A stretch of 64,000 nt of DNA from Hyaloraphidium curvatum SAG 235-1 (GCA_025558095.1 JAIVFI010000009.1:744001-808000), one strand, 5' to 3'; shown: positions 11,242-21,259, numbered from the stretch's first letter. Numbers and translations: made by a program. The notes: generated by a model from the sequence alone, not told the origin.

Positions 11242-11667
11242 AAAGAAGTTCTCGACAATGTCCCAGTACCTGAAGGTTCGTCTCTTCGTAGTCTACAACT
11301 TTACTCAGCGCAGCGTGAACATTTTCTTCAGCTGTTCAGAAGACACTATCGTAAGCTTCACTCTAGGCACTTGTATACTGATTGATTCCCCTATCTCTTT
11401 GAGATCCACTCTCTTGGCTTGTTTCGTTCTTCCGGCATCTCTCTCATATACCACTCCATCAAACCAAAATGTATTTGATCCTTCATAGATGTTGTAATCA
11501 TGGTATGCTGCAAACGCACCCTTCTCGGTAACTATCTTTATACCCTTCGGTCCCGTCATTGTCAATACCAGTCTTAATGTTGCAAATTGATCCGGGCTTA
11601 TTTGGACATTTTCATAGCGACGCTCCGCTACTTGTTCTGTTTTGGTCTTCGATACGTTCAAACCCAT
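11231..11667 (-). CDS. Hypothetical element protein with N-myristoylation-like start
   Basis: MGLNVSK start 30 bp downstream of helicase stop; ORF ends 11305 unspliced, or 11231 if a 47-nt intron 11378..11332 is removed. Confidence 0.55.
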
Positions 11668-11696
11668 TTTATCATCAGGGACAACTTCCTTTTCTT

Positions 11697-13562
11697 TTAT
11701 ACGTTGCAATCATTTGTCCACTTCCACCCTTTCCATCCATATTGTTGCGGCGATCCAAACCTCCGACGTTTGTCCGTCAACCTTTCTCCTGCCAATAGCA
11801 TGTCCATCTTGGCGTACGCTTCCTTTTTCGTCGGCGCCGCACGCTTCTCTCCATACATCCGCCTCCATGCCTCCTTGATCTTCTCGTATACCTTGCTACT
11901 TGACACTCCGCTCCCTTCGCTGTCATCCTCCTCCAAACACTCTTCCTTCACCTGTTGGTACACGTTGTTCTCTTCCATATACTGTTGCGCCGCTTCTCTC
12001 ATCTGCTCCGGTACTTTAACCAGTTTTTCTTCCTTGTAGCTCCTGTAACCCTTCAGCATTTCTCCCATCACCACCCATTTCCATCCGTCTACTCTCTCAC
12101 TTAATGTATCATCCTGGTAATACTCGTTCTTTGTCTCATCCACTTCTTCTGTGATGCTCTTGAACTTGGATTTGAATGGCGTCACTCTGATCCTTCGCTT
12201 CATTGCTTCGTCCACTCCATTGAATATCGGCAAATCGTTGCACACCAAAAAGAGCTTGAATGTCGGATCAAACCAACCCTGCTCCCCAAACAATTTCCTG
12301 TAATTCAACCGATCTTCTCCACTTAGCAGCTTGAACTTCTGCTCGTTTATGTTGCCTCCTGGCATGGTTTCTGACATATATACCAGGCGTGCTCCTATCA
12401 TGCTCGTCAGTGTTGGCGTTGCTGCATCCGCTTTTGTCGCTTCACTCAAAAATGATGCTTCAATCTTCACCGCAAACTCTTCCAGCACTTTCTCCAATAT
12501 CTTTATCAAAATCCCTTTCCCATTTGATCCTGATCCATGACCAAATACGAATATTTGATCTTTTGTATACCCTGCTAGCATGCTCCCCATATACTTTATC
12601 ATCCATTCCCTGGTTTCTTCATCCGGAAATACCTTCCCCATGTAGTCCCTGAACTCTTTCAAAGTCTCTGGGTCCTCATACATCTTGATCTCATTGTACT
12701 CGTACTTGAGCTGTTTTGTCATCATGTCCTCTGGTCTTCCAGGTCTGAATTTGTCCTCTGCTAAATCATAGATTCCATTCAAAAATGGTATCACCGTCTT
12801 GTTCTGATTGAGTTTTGCCGCAAAGTCCTTCCGTTCACAGCATGTCTTGAATTCGTCCGCCACCGCTTTCTTCATGTTCGCTTGCTCCAGACTCATTATC
12901 ACTTTCCTTATCAACTTCAACTTGAATTCTTGCTTCTCTTGCCTGTAGATTCGCTCTGCTTCCAAAAACAATCCTTTGTAGTTTGATGACTTGATTAGCT
13001 TGTACACTCCTCGTTCATCCGTCTTCTCCCAAATGTGACTTGTGAATATGTACCAAGCTCCATCATACACCACCCTTCCTTTGTTCACTGCATGCAGCAG
13101 CTCCGCTAGTTTCTCTTGTGTTCCACTCAGAGCATTCAATATAATCCCGTTTAGGTTTTCATCTTCCACTATCTTGACGTCATCCTGCGAAAAATCGTGG
13201 ATTACTGCTGTCTCCCTTTTTGATGTCGGTGCTATCGTTTGAAATATTATGTTGATGCTGTTGTCGTTGTTTATTGCTACCGGCCAGTGCTTCCATCCCT
13301 CCCTTGGCCTTATGTGATTGTTCTCGCATACGTACTTCCAGCCTTGTTTCGTTAGCGTTATTGTGTTCCATTTGCTCACTTTATCTTCAAATTCGCATGC
13401 TTCACATTCTCCAGGGTACATCGCTTCCAACTTGTCACCCCTTTGTTTGAATTTCGTTAAATCTTCGTTGAATCCTGGCACCTTGGCCAGTTCTCTTTTC
13501 AACGTTTGCACCAAGTCCATGCTACTCATACTGTTTATTTTTTTTTCTTGAGTCCTGACCAT
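11697..13562 (-). CDS. D5/P4-family superfamily 3 helicase (621 aa) with N-terminal putative zinc ribbon
   Basis: CEAC...CENNH; D5_N-like WYIF..IWE and IPFLNGIYDL...FRPGRPEDM; Walker A GSGSNGKG; Walker B RLVYMSE; motif C LFLVCNDLP; arginine finger AMKRRIRVTPF; intronless. Confidence 0.92.
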   Translation of the reverse strand: MVRTQEKKINSMSSMDLVQTLKRELAKVPGFNEDLTKFKQRGDKLEAMYPGECEACEFEDKVSKWNTITLTKQGWKYVCENNHIRPREGWKHWPVAINNDNSINIIFQTIAPTSKRETAVIHDFSQDDVKIVEDENLNGIILNALSGTQEKLAELLHAVNKGRVVYDGAWYIFTSHIWEKTDERGVYKLIKSSNYKGLFLEAERIYRQEKQEFKLKLIRKVIMSLEQANMKKAVADEFKTCCERKDFAAKLNQNKTVIPFLNGIYDLAEDKFRPGRPEDMMTKQLKYEYNEIKMYEDPETLKEFRDYMGKVFPDEETREWMIKYMGSMLAGYTKDQIFVFGHGSGSNGKGILIKILEKVLEEFAVKIEASFLSEATKADAATPTLTSMIGARLVYMSETMPGGNINEQKFKLLSGEDRLNYRKLFGEQGWFDPTFKLFLVCNDLPIFNGVDEAMKRRIRVTPFKSKFKSITEEVDETKNEYYQDDTLSERVDGWKWVVMGEMLKGYRSYKEEKLVKVPEQMREAAQQYMEENNVYQQVKEECLEEDDSEGSGVSSSKVYEKIKEAWRRMYGEKRAAPTKKEAYAKMDMLLAGERLTDKRRRFGSPQQYGWKGWKWTNDCNV

Positions 13563-13634
13563 CTCTTTTATACCGTCAAGTCATTTACTCCCATAAAAGA
13601 AGCCCACAGCTGTTTTTCTCTTTCCTACACTTCA

Positions 13635-13847
13635 ATGGGACGCCGTAACTTCAAATACCTCCACGAACCCTGTGCCAGGTGTGGTGGCCTTAGTCAAACT
13701 GGCCATCACATTGTCCCTCCCCGCATTCGCAAATCTATCCCTCTTTCCATTCAAGGCCGATCTGAATTGATTATGCTTTGTTTTCCATGCAAAAGTACAG
13801 TTAATCAGGAATACTGTCAAAATTATATAATAAAAAGGAAGGACTAA
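13635..13847 (+). CDS. Minimal HNH-like zinc-finger protein (70 aa)
   Basis: CARCG...HHIVP...LIMLCFPC, the CxxC-HHIxP-LCxxC pattern of HNH endonucleases; divergent from the helicase. Confidence 0.65.
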   Translation: MGRRNFKYLHEPCARCGGLSQTGHHIVPPRIRKSIPLSIQGRSELIMLCFPCKSTVNQEYCQNYIIKRKD

Positions 13848-13911
13848 AGAAGAGAGTATAAAACCAATACATGCCTTAAAATGTTCTGACATTGCAGACA
13901 TTACAGACAAA

Positions 13912-14035
13912 GGCTAATGCTAAGCGAGTGTTTAAGCATATGCTTAATGTGCTAAGGAAGAAGAGACTAGGAACCGGGAAGCATGAGGATGCTAAGGAGA
14001 CTGTGGACTGATAGGAACTAGACTGATAGGAACTA
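13912..14035. repeat. Subterminal repeats: GCTAAG motifs, perfect palindrome and 15-bp tandem duplication
   Basis: TTAAGCATATGCTTAA 13932-13947; GACTGATAGGAACTA x2 at 14006-14035. Confidence 0.75.
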
Positions 14036-14096
14036 ACTATGGCGTCAGGGGGGTTTCAACCCCCCAAGCCCCCCCAGACACGAGAAGGGAAGACTC

Positions 14097-14216
14097 CGCA
14101 CAGGAAGACGTCATAAGGACCTACGGTCCAGGCCTAACCGGCCCAGAGGGGCCGCCGACGGAGCGAAGCGACGGAGAGCGAGACCCCTCTCGTAGTCTCC
14201 CCCTCTGCCTCTGCCT
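14097..14216 (-). repeat. Right terminal inverted repeat
   Basis: CGCACAGGAAGACGTCATAAGGACCTACGGTCCAGGCCTAACCGGCC...TCCCCCTCTGCCTCTGCCT followed by TSD TCCGT. Confidence 0.93.
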
Positions 14217-14366
14217 TCCGTAGAGGTAGAAGGGGTCCGTAGTTCGCGCGGTTCCGACGAAAGTCGACGACGCGTCCTCTTCCAGGACATAGGATCGCGG
14301 CTGCCCCCGGCGGAGCGTGCCGTATGTGAAAACAAGAAACTTTTGGCCTGCCGAACTTGGCAGCAT
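14217..14366 (-). pseudogene. Gamma-glutamylcyclotransferase (AIG2/GGACT-like), 5' part
   Basis: MLPSSAGQKFLVFTYGTLRRGQPRSYVL...TARTTDPFYLYG, exactly 50 codons up to the insertion; FxYGTL motif. Confidence 0.85.
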
Positions 14367-14502
14367 TCCTTTCCGGGCTCGGCACGCGCGTCGACGAAAG
14401 TGGGCGACAAAAGCCGATCGGCGCGCGATCGCACCCCATCGCGCGCTGCACTCCGCCCCGTCCCCCCCGCACAAACAGCGCCCGACGGCCGCTCTCCTCC
14501 AA

Positions 14503-15708
14503 ATGGCCGCCGCCGTCGAGTCTCCGGCACCCTCCGCGGCCGCCGCGGGGCCGAGCGGCGAGACCTTCGCCACGACGCGCAACCTCGGCGCCCGCTACTA
14601 CCACGACCCGGCCATCTTCGCCCGCGAGCAGCGCACCATCTTCTCGAAGACCTGGCTGTTCCTGACCAATGTTTCCCGCGTCGCTGCTGCTGCGGAAGGG
14701 TCGGGAGAGGCCGAGACGCCCGAGGGGGACGGCGCCCTGCGGGAGGGCCATGCGCACTGGCCCGGCGTCGGGCGCGTGAAGGTCCTCCTCTGCAAGATCG
14801 CCGGCTTCGAGTTTGCCCTCCGCCCGGGAGCCACGTCCACCACCGTCGACGGGCTTCTCCTCTCCTCCCCCGTCCCCGAACACTCCGCCTCTCTTCCCCG
14901 CGCGATCCGAGCGCACGCCACCCAACCGGGCGGCTGGGTTTTCGTCAACCTGGCCCCTGAGGAGGAAAAAGTGGTCCCGTGCACCGAGTTTCTCGCGGGC
15001 CTGGAGGGCGGGAGGCTGAAGGAGATCGATTGGGAGGAGTACTCGTTCGACGGGGAGTTCTCTATCGCGGGCTCCTTCAACTGGAAGGCCTACGTGGACA
15101 ACTTCCAAGAATGTACGTCGTTGGTTCCTGCTCCATGTTGCTCCTACCTTACACGCGCGGCGTCTCCAGGCTACCACTGCCCCACGGGCCACGCCGTCAC
15201 GTTCGCCTCATACGCTCTGCAGACGTACAAGATCATCAACACGGGCAACTACTCGCAGCACTTTTGCGAGCGCAAGGCGGACCTCGGCAAGCGGCGGCCG
15301 AGCAAGGGAGACGGGCTGGGTGGCGGGCAGGGGCTCTGGCTGTTCTTCTACCCCAACGCGTCGATGAGCTGCTGTGGGTCGACCTTCTACGCGGCTCATG
15401 CGGATAACAAGCTGACAACCATCGTTCGGACAGACGCCCCCGCCATCTCGATGTCGATAATCAACCCCGTCTCCCCCACCCGCACCGTCCTCTACTACCA
15501 GGTCTTCATGCGCCGCGGCACGCCCCCGGCGACGCGCGACGCCTTCTACGCCAGCCTGCGCGAGGTGCTCGCCGAGGACTGCGAGCTCACGGGCGGCGCG
15601 CAGAGGAACTACGAGGGCGGGGTGTGGGCCGCGGGGCCGCTGCACCCGGGGAGGGAGAACGGGGTGCTGTGGTTCCAGAATAAGGTCAGGGAGGCGCTGA
15701 AGGGTTAA
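14503..15708 (+). CDS. Ring-hydroxylating/choline monooxygenase-like alpha subunit lacking Rieske ligands
   Basis: YYHDPAIFAREQRTIFSKTW, WVFVNL, FNWKAYVDNFQE|CYHCPTGH, ED..L....QR, ENGVLWFQ; two short introns. Confidence 0.75.
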   Translation: MAAAVESPAPSAAAAGPSGETFATTRNLGARYYHDPAIFAREQRTIFSKTWLFLTNVSRVAAAAEGSGEAETPEGDGALREGHAHWPGVGRVKVLLCKIAGFEFALRPGATSTTVDGLLLSSPVPEHSASLPRAIRAHATQPGGWVFVNLAPEEEKVVPCTEFLAGLEGGRLKEIDWEEYSFDGEFSIAGSFNWKAYVDNFQECTSLVPAPCCSYLTRAASPGYHCPTGHAVTFASYALQTYKIINTGNYSQHFCERKADLGKRRPSKGDGLGGGQGLWLFFYPNASMSCCGSTFYAAHADNKLTTIVRTDAPAISMSIINPVSPTRTVLYYQVFMRRGTPPATRDAFYASLREVLAEDCELTGGAQRNYEGGVWAAGPLHPGRENGVLWFQNKVREALKG

Positions 15709-15827
15709 TGTGTCGGTGTGGAGGGGCGTCGGGCGCGGAGAGGCGCGCCGGCGAAGGAGTCGTGGGCCGTTCGTCGAGTAACAGGCCAGGGATGTCACTT
15801 GTCAAAGACATTGTTCTCTATTCCTAC

Positions 15828-16745
15828 CTACAACCGCCCTGGCAGCGCGTCCGCCGGCGCCGACAGCGGGTCGCTCCCGAACCACGGGAGCCCCAGGAAG
15901 TCGCAGATGTGCGGCCACCTGTCCGACCCGAAGAAGGGCTCCGTCTTCCCCTGGGAGTTGGTGATGATCCACCAGGGTGCACCGTAGGCGCCGTTGTCGA
16001 CCGCGAGCTTGGTCGCCGCGGAGAGGGCGTCCTTGCATTTCGCTTCGTTGCACTCCTTGGCGAGGTATCCGCGGGCGGTGGATTCGCCTATGACGGGGGC
16101 GAGGTACGTGGCGATCACGTCGTCGTTGCTGATGTCCTTGTCCTCCTGCCAAAAGGCTTTCTGCGGGCGGGAGGAGGGGTTCAGAGAGGCCCCAGCCGGG
16201 GAGGGGCCGGCGACGGACCCAGAGGGCGAAGCTGGCGTCGACGAGCTTGTCGGGGTGCTTGTCCTTGATCACCGTGAGCATCCGCATCGCCTGCACCGGC
16301 CGTCAGCGACCCAACCGAACCCGGCAGGTGCGGCACGCGCCTTGAGGCTCAGGACGGGGAACTTGCTCGGCTGCCGGACCTTGATCCCGATGATCTTGGC
16401 GTGCCGCTGCACGTCCAGCCCGAGCTGCTTGCCCCGCGCCGGCAAGGTGGCGGGGGGCTGGTTGCCGGTTGCGCCCATGATACCGCCAAGGAAGAGGGGG
16501 AGGAAGTCGACCTTCACGTGGGACCCTGGCGGCCGGACGCGTTCCAGGGGTTGCGTGGAAGGGGCGAGCGGTGGTGTGCTCACATGCGGGGTGCTTCATG
16601 TACCGCGTGAGGACCTGGAAGGCGAAGAAGGAGTAGGGAGACACTGCGCGGAACGTGAGCTTCGGTGGGCTCCTGCGGCCCCGGGCAGCGGAAATCGGGG
16701 TTACCGACCGACATCGAAGCAGAAAACTATCTTCGGGGCCGCCAT
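15828..16745 (-). CDS. Glutathione S-transferase kappa / DSBA-like thioredoxin
   Basis: FCFDV|VSPYSF, PLFLGGIM..TGNQPP, GAYGAPW, FFGSDR; four introns. Confidence 0.85.
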
Positions 16746-17221
16746 GGGAGATTTGGGGGCGCGGCGAGGCGGGAGGACGGGGAGCAGACGTGGAGAAAGA
16801 AAGCGGGAGCGGTGGGTTGAGGGATCCACCGCGGTGGGTTTCTCGGTGGCACAGACATTGAGTTTCCGCCACCGTGACCAAGAGGACGCGAAATGATCTA
16901 TAGGCACTAGATAGGATGCGGTTGCGGCCGATGCCGTGCTCCGCGGGCGGTATCCAGACGAAGGACACCTCCGGCGATCGCAGCTCAGATGAGGCCGAAA
17001 TGGACGGCATCACGAGCGAAAGCCCACTCCGTGCTAAAGAAGAATGTCCACTGTTCCATTGAATACCCGGATTTCGGCGTTTCGGAGCCGGTTCGACCCT
17101 GGCGGGGTGCTGGACTCGTCCCCGATCCTCCGCGATCGCGGCACAGCGGGCGCCGAGGACAATCTCCGGCCCCGCCCATCCCCTCTCCCGCGGCTCCGCG
17201 CCCCCTCCGCGCGCCCCCACC

Positions 17222-17908
17222 ATGTTCCTGGGCGCGTCGCCTGCAGACGGCGACGACGCGGCGCGCGCCGACGCCGAGCTCTCGCTGCGGTACGCGGTGC
17301 ACGCCGGCCGCGGGTTCTTCCCCGCCCGCCCCGCGGCGCTCGCGCTTCTGCGGTTGGTGGACAAACTCGATCTCCCCCCGAACGCCGCGCCGCACTCCGC
17401 CGCCCCCCGCGGACGGCCGAAGCCGCAGGGACACCGCAGCACGCCCTTCTTCGGCAGCCCGCCAAAAGTGGCCCTCGGCGTCTCCTCCGCGGCGGATCTG
17501 GACCTGTGCATGTCGTCGCTGGCGTTTTCGTGCCTGCACGTTTTGCGGAGCTCCCCGCTGCGCAAGTCGGCGCCGAGGGAGCTCGCAAGGCGGAGGAGGA
17601 GGTACTTCTTCGGCCTGGGCGTGGGGTGGCTCGTGCTGTGGTGGCTCGGGTTCAGGTGGTTCCAGCTGGCTTCCATGGAGAGCGATAGGATCTCGACTTT
17701 CGGGTGGATCGGGGCGGACCTGAGGAGGTTTCTCGGGGCGCCGGCGGACTGGAGGCGCGCGGCGCTGGCGGCCGCGCCGCTGGCCCTGGGGCCCACCTAC
17801 GCGGTGCACGGGATGTGCAGGCACTACGCCGCGCAGGCGTTCCACTTTCTGTGGTACGCGCCGGTGGAGGTCGAGGGCGAGCTGTTCTTTGTCCGCAGCT
17901 GGTGCTGA
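17222..17908 (+). CDS. Hypothetical membrane protein
   Basis: 228-aa ORF with host-like codon pattern and a hydrophobic segment YFFGLGVGWLVLWWLGF. Confidence 0.4.
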   Translation: MFLGASPADGDDAARADAELSLRYAVHAGRGFFPARPAALALLRLVDKLDLPPNAAPHSAAPRGRPKPQGHRSTPFFGSPPKVALGVSSAADLDLCMSSLAFSCLHVLRSSPLRKSAPRELARRRRRYFFGLGVGWLVLWWLGFRWFQLASMESDRISTFGWIGADLRRFLGAPADWRRAALAAAPLALGPTYAVHGMCRHYAAQAFHFLWYAPVEVEGELFFVRSWC

Positions 17909-18264
17909 GGGCGAGAATGAGGTGAAGGACGGACGGATGAATGGCGCGGGCTCGATCTAGTCGTGTTACTCTGTCGGAGTGGCCATCGAACCGAATATAC
18001 AGGAAGAATGAAAGCACTTCGTGGCAATCGGGACGGGGCAGGAAGGAACGAGTGGATTCATCGAGGTCCATCATCAGGAGTTTTCCACGCCCAAGCTCGC
18101 GCTGACAGATGCAGGAAGAGGTAGATTAGCACGGATTGACGAGTATCTCCCTCATATCTGGCCGTTTCGGCTTGCGTGCTTGCCCCGGGCCCGGGTGAAG
18201 AGGATCACCCGTTTATTCGCCGCCTCCGCCTCACCGCGATTCCGATTCCTTTGCACCAGCAGTC

Positions 18265-20041
18265 ATGACCCCGCCTCCCGTTGTCGTCGTGGGCGGCGGC
18301 CCCGCGGGGCTCGTTGCCGCGCTGTCCCTGCTCGATGCCGGGTACGCCCCCGAGGAGGTTCTGGTCGTCGAACGACGTGCGGAGGTCGCGAGGAGGTGGA
18401 ACGCCGTCCAGCTCGCGGGGCTCTCGCTGGCCAAGCTGGACACGTGGCGCGCGCCGGGCGACGGCGGCGTGTCGGTGCTCGGCGCGATGTTCCGCGACGG
18501 CGTGCTGTCGCTCGAGGAGGACATGGTGTCGCGCATGGAGAAGCGCGAGGGCAAGGCTCGCTCCGAAAGGGGGACGGACATCGACGGCGCCAACCCCTGC
18601 GAGCGGGTCGTCGATCTGAAGGTTGGTGGGCTCATCTGTCAGGGAAGGGAGGGTCTCATGGTCGCGATTCTAGGTCAACTTCGGCGGCGGCAAGGAGTGG
18701 AAAGAGGGGAAGTTCCAGTGGAAGGAAGGCCTCACGTACAAGCAGGTCCAGAAGTCGCTGGGCGAGTGCCCCTACGCCATCTACATCCGCGACATCGAGG
18801 AGCACCTGCTCGAGGTTGTCGTGGCCAAGGGCGTCACCGTGGCCTTTGCCTGCGAGACCAAGCTGGCCTGGGACGAGGCCGCGGCCAAGTACGCCGCCAA
18901 GATCACGCGGCGCGCAGCCAAGCAGCCTCAGGATATCGCGCTCCTCCCGCTCGACACGGAGGTGGACCTGGGCGTGCCGGCGCTGGTCGTGGTGGCCGAG
19001 GGCGGCGGGCGGAACCTGCTCAAGAGCCAGGGCGTCCTCGCGCGCCACGGCGTCGACGTCAAGATCAAGTCCGCGCCCAAGTACTTTGCCGCGGCGCTCA
19101 CACGGCACCCCAAGCCGTCGTCCCTGATCCCGCGGACGTCGGTCCTGGGCGGCACCATCTACTTCAACTCGCCGGACCAGTACCAGAAGGACCTGGCCAT
19201 CGTCTCGGGCAACATCATCGTCCGCGCGCCGCGCTACATCGAGATGGAGAAGGAGGGCAAGGAGCTGCCCCCGGACACGTGGTACCTGCGCGTGCCCAAC
19301 GACGACCTGGCCATGGAGCGCCTGCCGCACAACATCAACGGGCAGGACTTCGGCATCGTCGAGTCCAACCCCACCGACAACCTCGCCACCTGGGTCACGG
19401 GCAACGTGCGCAGGCTGATGGCGGCCTTTTGCGAGCCGGGCGCGCCCGAGGACGTCGAGTTCCTCAAGATCGCGCGGCCCTTCACCCAGGCCGACACGAT
19501 CCTGGACAAGTGCGCCATGGGCAACGTGGCCGTCTTCGGCGACGCCGCGAGGACGGGCCACTTTGTCAGCGGCATGGGCATGAACAGTATCATCTCCATC
19601 GACTGCAAGTGACGCCTTGCTATCGCGCCCCTCAGGTGGCTGACATTGTGCCCGCAAACAGCCCAGGCCATCGTCACCCTCGCCAAGGCCCTCCGCTCCG
19701 GTGCCGACCCCGCCGCCTCCTTCTCCGCCTACTCCAAATCCATCCTCGACACCGCCAAGGCGTGGCACACGGCCACGCACCCCCTGCACAACGAGAAGTG
19801 GCCCGGCTGGGTGCCCGACGCCGACCACGCCGCGCCCAGGGTCGGGGGCGAGCTCGCGGGGCCGGTGCGGACCGAGATCAGGCTGGCCAGCCTGGACGGG
19901 TTCGTCCGGTACGTGCTGGCAAACCTCGCGCTGAACTACCTGGTGCCGTTCGGGTTTCTGAGGCGGTGGGTGAGGAGCGTGGCCGAGTGGGCGTTTTCGT
20001 CCGGGGTCCAGAGGATCGAGTACGTGCCCAAGAAGGCTTAA
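18265..20041 (+). CDS. FAD-dependent oxidoreductase/monooxygenase
   Basis: VVVVGGGPAGL; VVAEG; AVFGDAARTGHFVSGMGMN; introns near 18622-18673 and 19605-19661. Confidence 0.75.
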
Positions 20042-20168
20042 ACGGACCGTGGTGGTGACCTAGAGTCGGAGACATTGGAGCTGTAGACGCAGACAACAGA
20101 ACTAATCATATTCGTTTTCCGGCATCCGCGAATCCCGTGTTCGCCCGACCTCGGGGCTTCCAAGACCA

Positions 20169-21259
20169 TCAGTCGAGCTTCCTCCCCGCCTCGACCTCCC
20201 TCCTCTCCCGCTCCTCCAGCTCGGCGTTCCTCGCGCGCGCGAGGTCGTTCTTGGCCTCGCGCTCGAAGTGGGCCTCGCCGTACCGCTTGCGGTAGCCGTC
20301 GAGCCACTTGATGTACTCCTTGTTGGTGCCATAGTAGCTGTCCAGAAGGCCGGTCGGGCCGTAGTTCTGCGTAAACGAATAATGATGGTAATCGTGGACT
20401 GTCGAGTTGTGCAGGCCGGGGAGGTGGTAGTCCGAGTGGGAGACGATGGTGCCCAGCTGCAAGATGTTGAGGTTCAAGAAGAAGGTGGAGCTGTGGAGTA
20501 ATAAAAGTCAGCTCGAGTGACCAGCCCAGCAGGGGCTTGAAATGCTCACAGATGGCTCCCGAGCACGAACGGGGCGAACAGAGGCGGGATCAGGTTCGAG
20601 AGCAGGTGCTCGAGCGTAGAAGCGTAGGTCGCCGCGAGCCCAACAGGAGCAGTCCACAAATGATGTTGTTTATGCCAGGCCTTGTAGTACTTGGGCTCGT
20701 GCAGCTTCTTGTGTACGTAGAAGAAGCCGATTTCGGTGCAGGCCAGCCCGAGAAAGTAGGTCCCGACCGTTGCCAGCGGCCCCGGCAGGTCCTCGGGGCG
20801 GGTCGACACACCCCTCCACTTTCCCAAATAGTACATCGCGACCGCTAGCGGCAGGTTGACGCAGATCTGGTTCCGAATGACGACCTTTGCGATCTCGGCG
20901 TACTCCTTCAGGCCGACCTCCTTGGCCGGCTGGATCTTGTACCTCCGCAGCGAGGCGGGCCACTTGAACACGTCCAGGACGAAGAAGGGGAGGGACCACA
21001 GCCAGTAGACCGCGGTGGAGATGCCGAGCTGCCACCAGACGTGGATAGCAAACTCTGAATAGTTTTCGTTCAGGTACTGCCAGAACTGCCGGCCCCAGGG
21101 TGTCAGGTTGTTGACGAGGATGGAGATGCCGAGGCACGTGAACATGATCGTGTTGTCCGTCCAGAAGTTGCGGGCAAGGTAGCGGGTTTCCGGGAGTGAG
21201 AGCTTTTCGGCGGGGGCGGCCGGAGAGGCATCGCGCGGCGGCGCGGCGAGTTTGCCCAT
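20169..21259 (-). CDS. Fatty acid hydroxylase/sterol desaturase superfamily protein
   Basis: His boxes FYVHKKLH, HKQHH, SHSDY, HDYHH, NYG..GLLD; one intron. Confidence 0.85.

Larger units (their letters stand above)
9546..14216. mobile_element. 4,671-bp TIR-bounded, AT-richer mobile element carrying an SF3 helicase, HNH-like protein and caspase-like protease; no transposase seen
   Basis: TIRs 9546-9664 and 14097-14216; TSD TCCGT at 9541-9545 and 14217-14221; abrupt composition shift; interrupts a host ORF in frame. Confidence 0.93.

Noticed and set aside
9546-14216. AT-rich island as contamination, misassembly or organellar insert
   Set aside because: It is bounded by TIRs and a perfect TSD, and its removal restores a host reading frame exactly.
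9546-14216. Assignment as Helitron, LTR element, classical DDE transposon or complete Polinton
   Set aside because: No HUH Rep/PIF1, reverse transcriptase, DDE, pPolB, packaging ATPase or capsid motifs are visible; the helicase is SF3, and the element is much shorter than autonomous Polintons.
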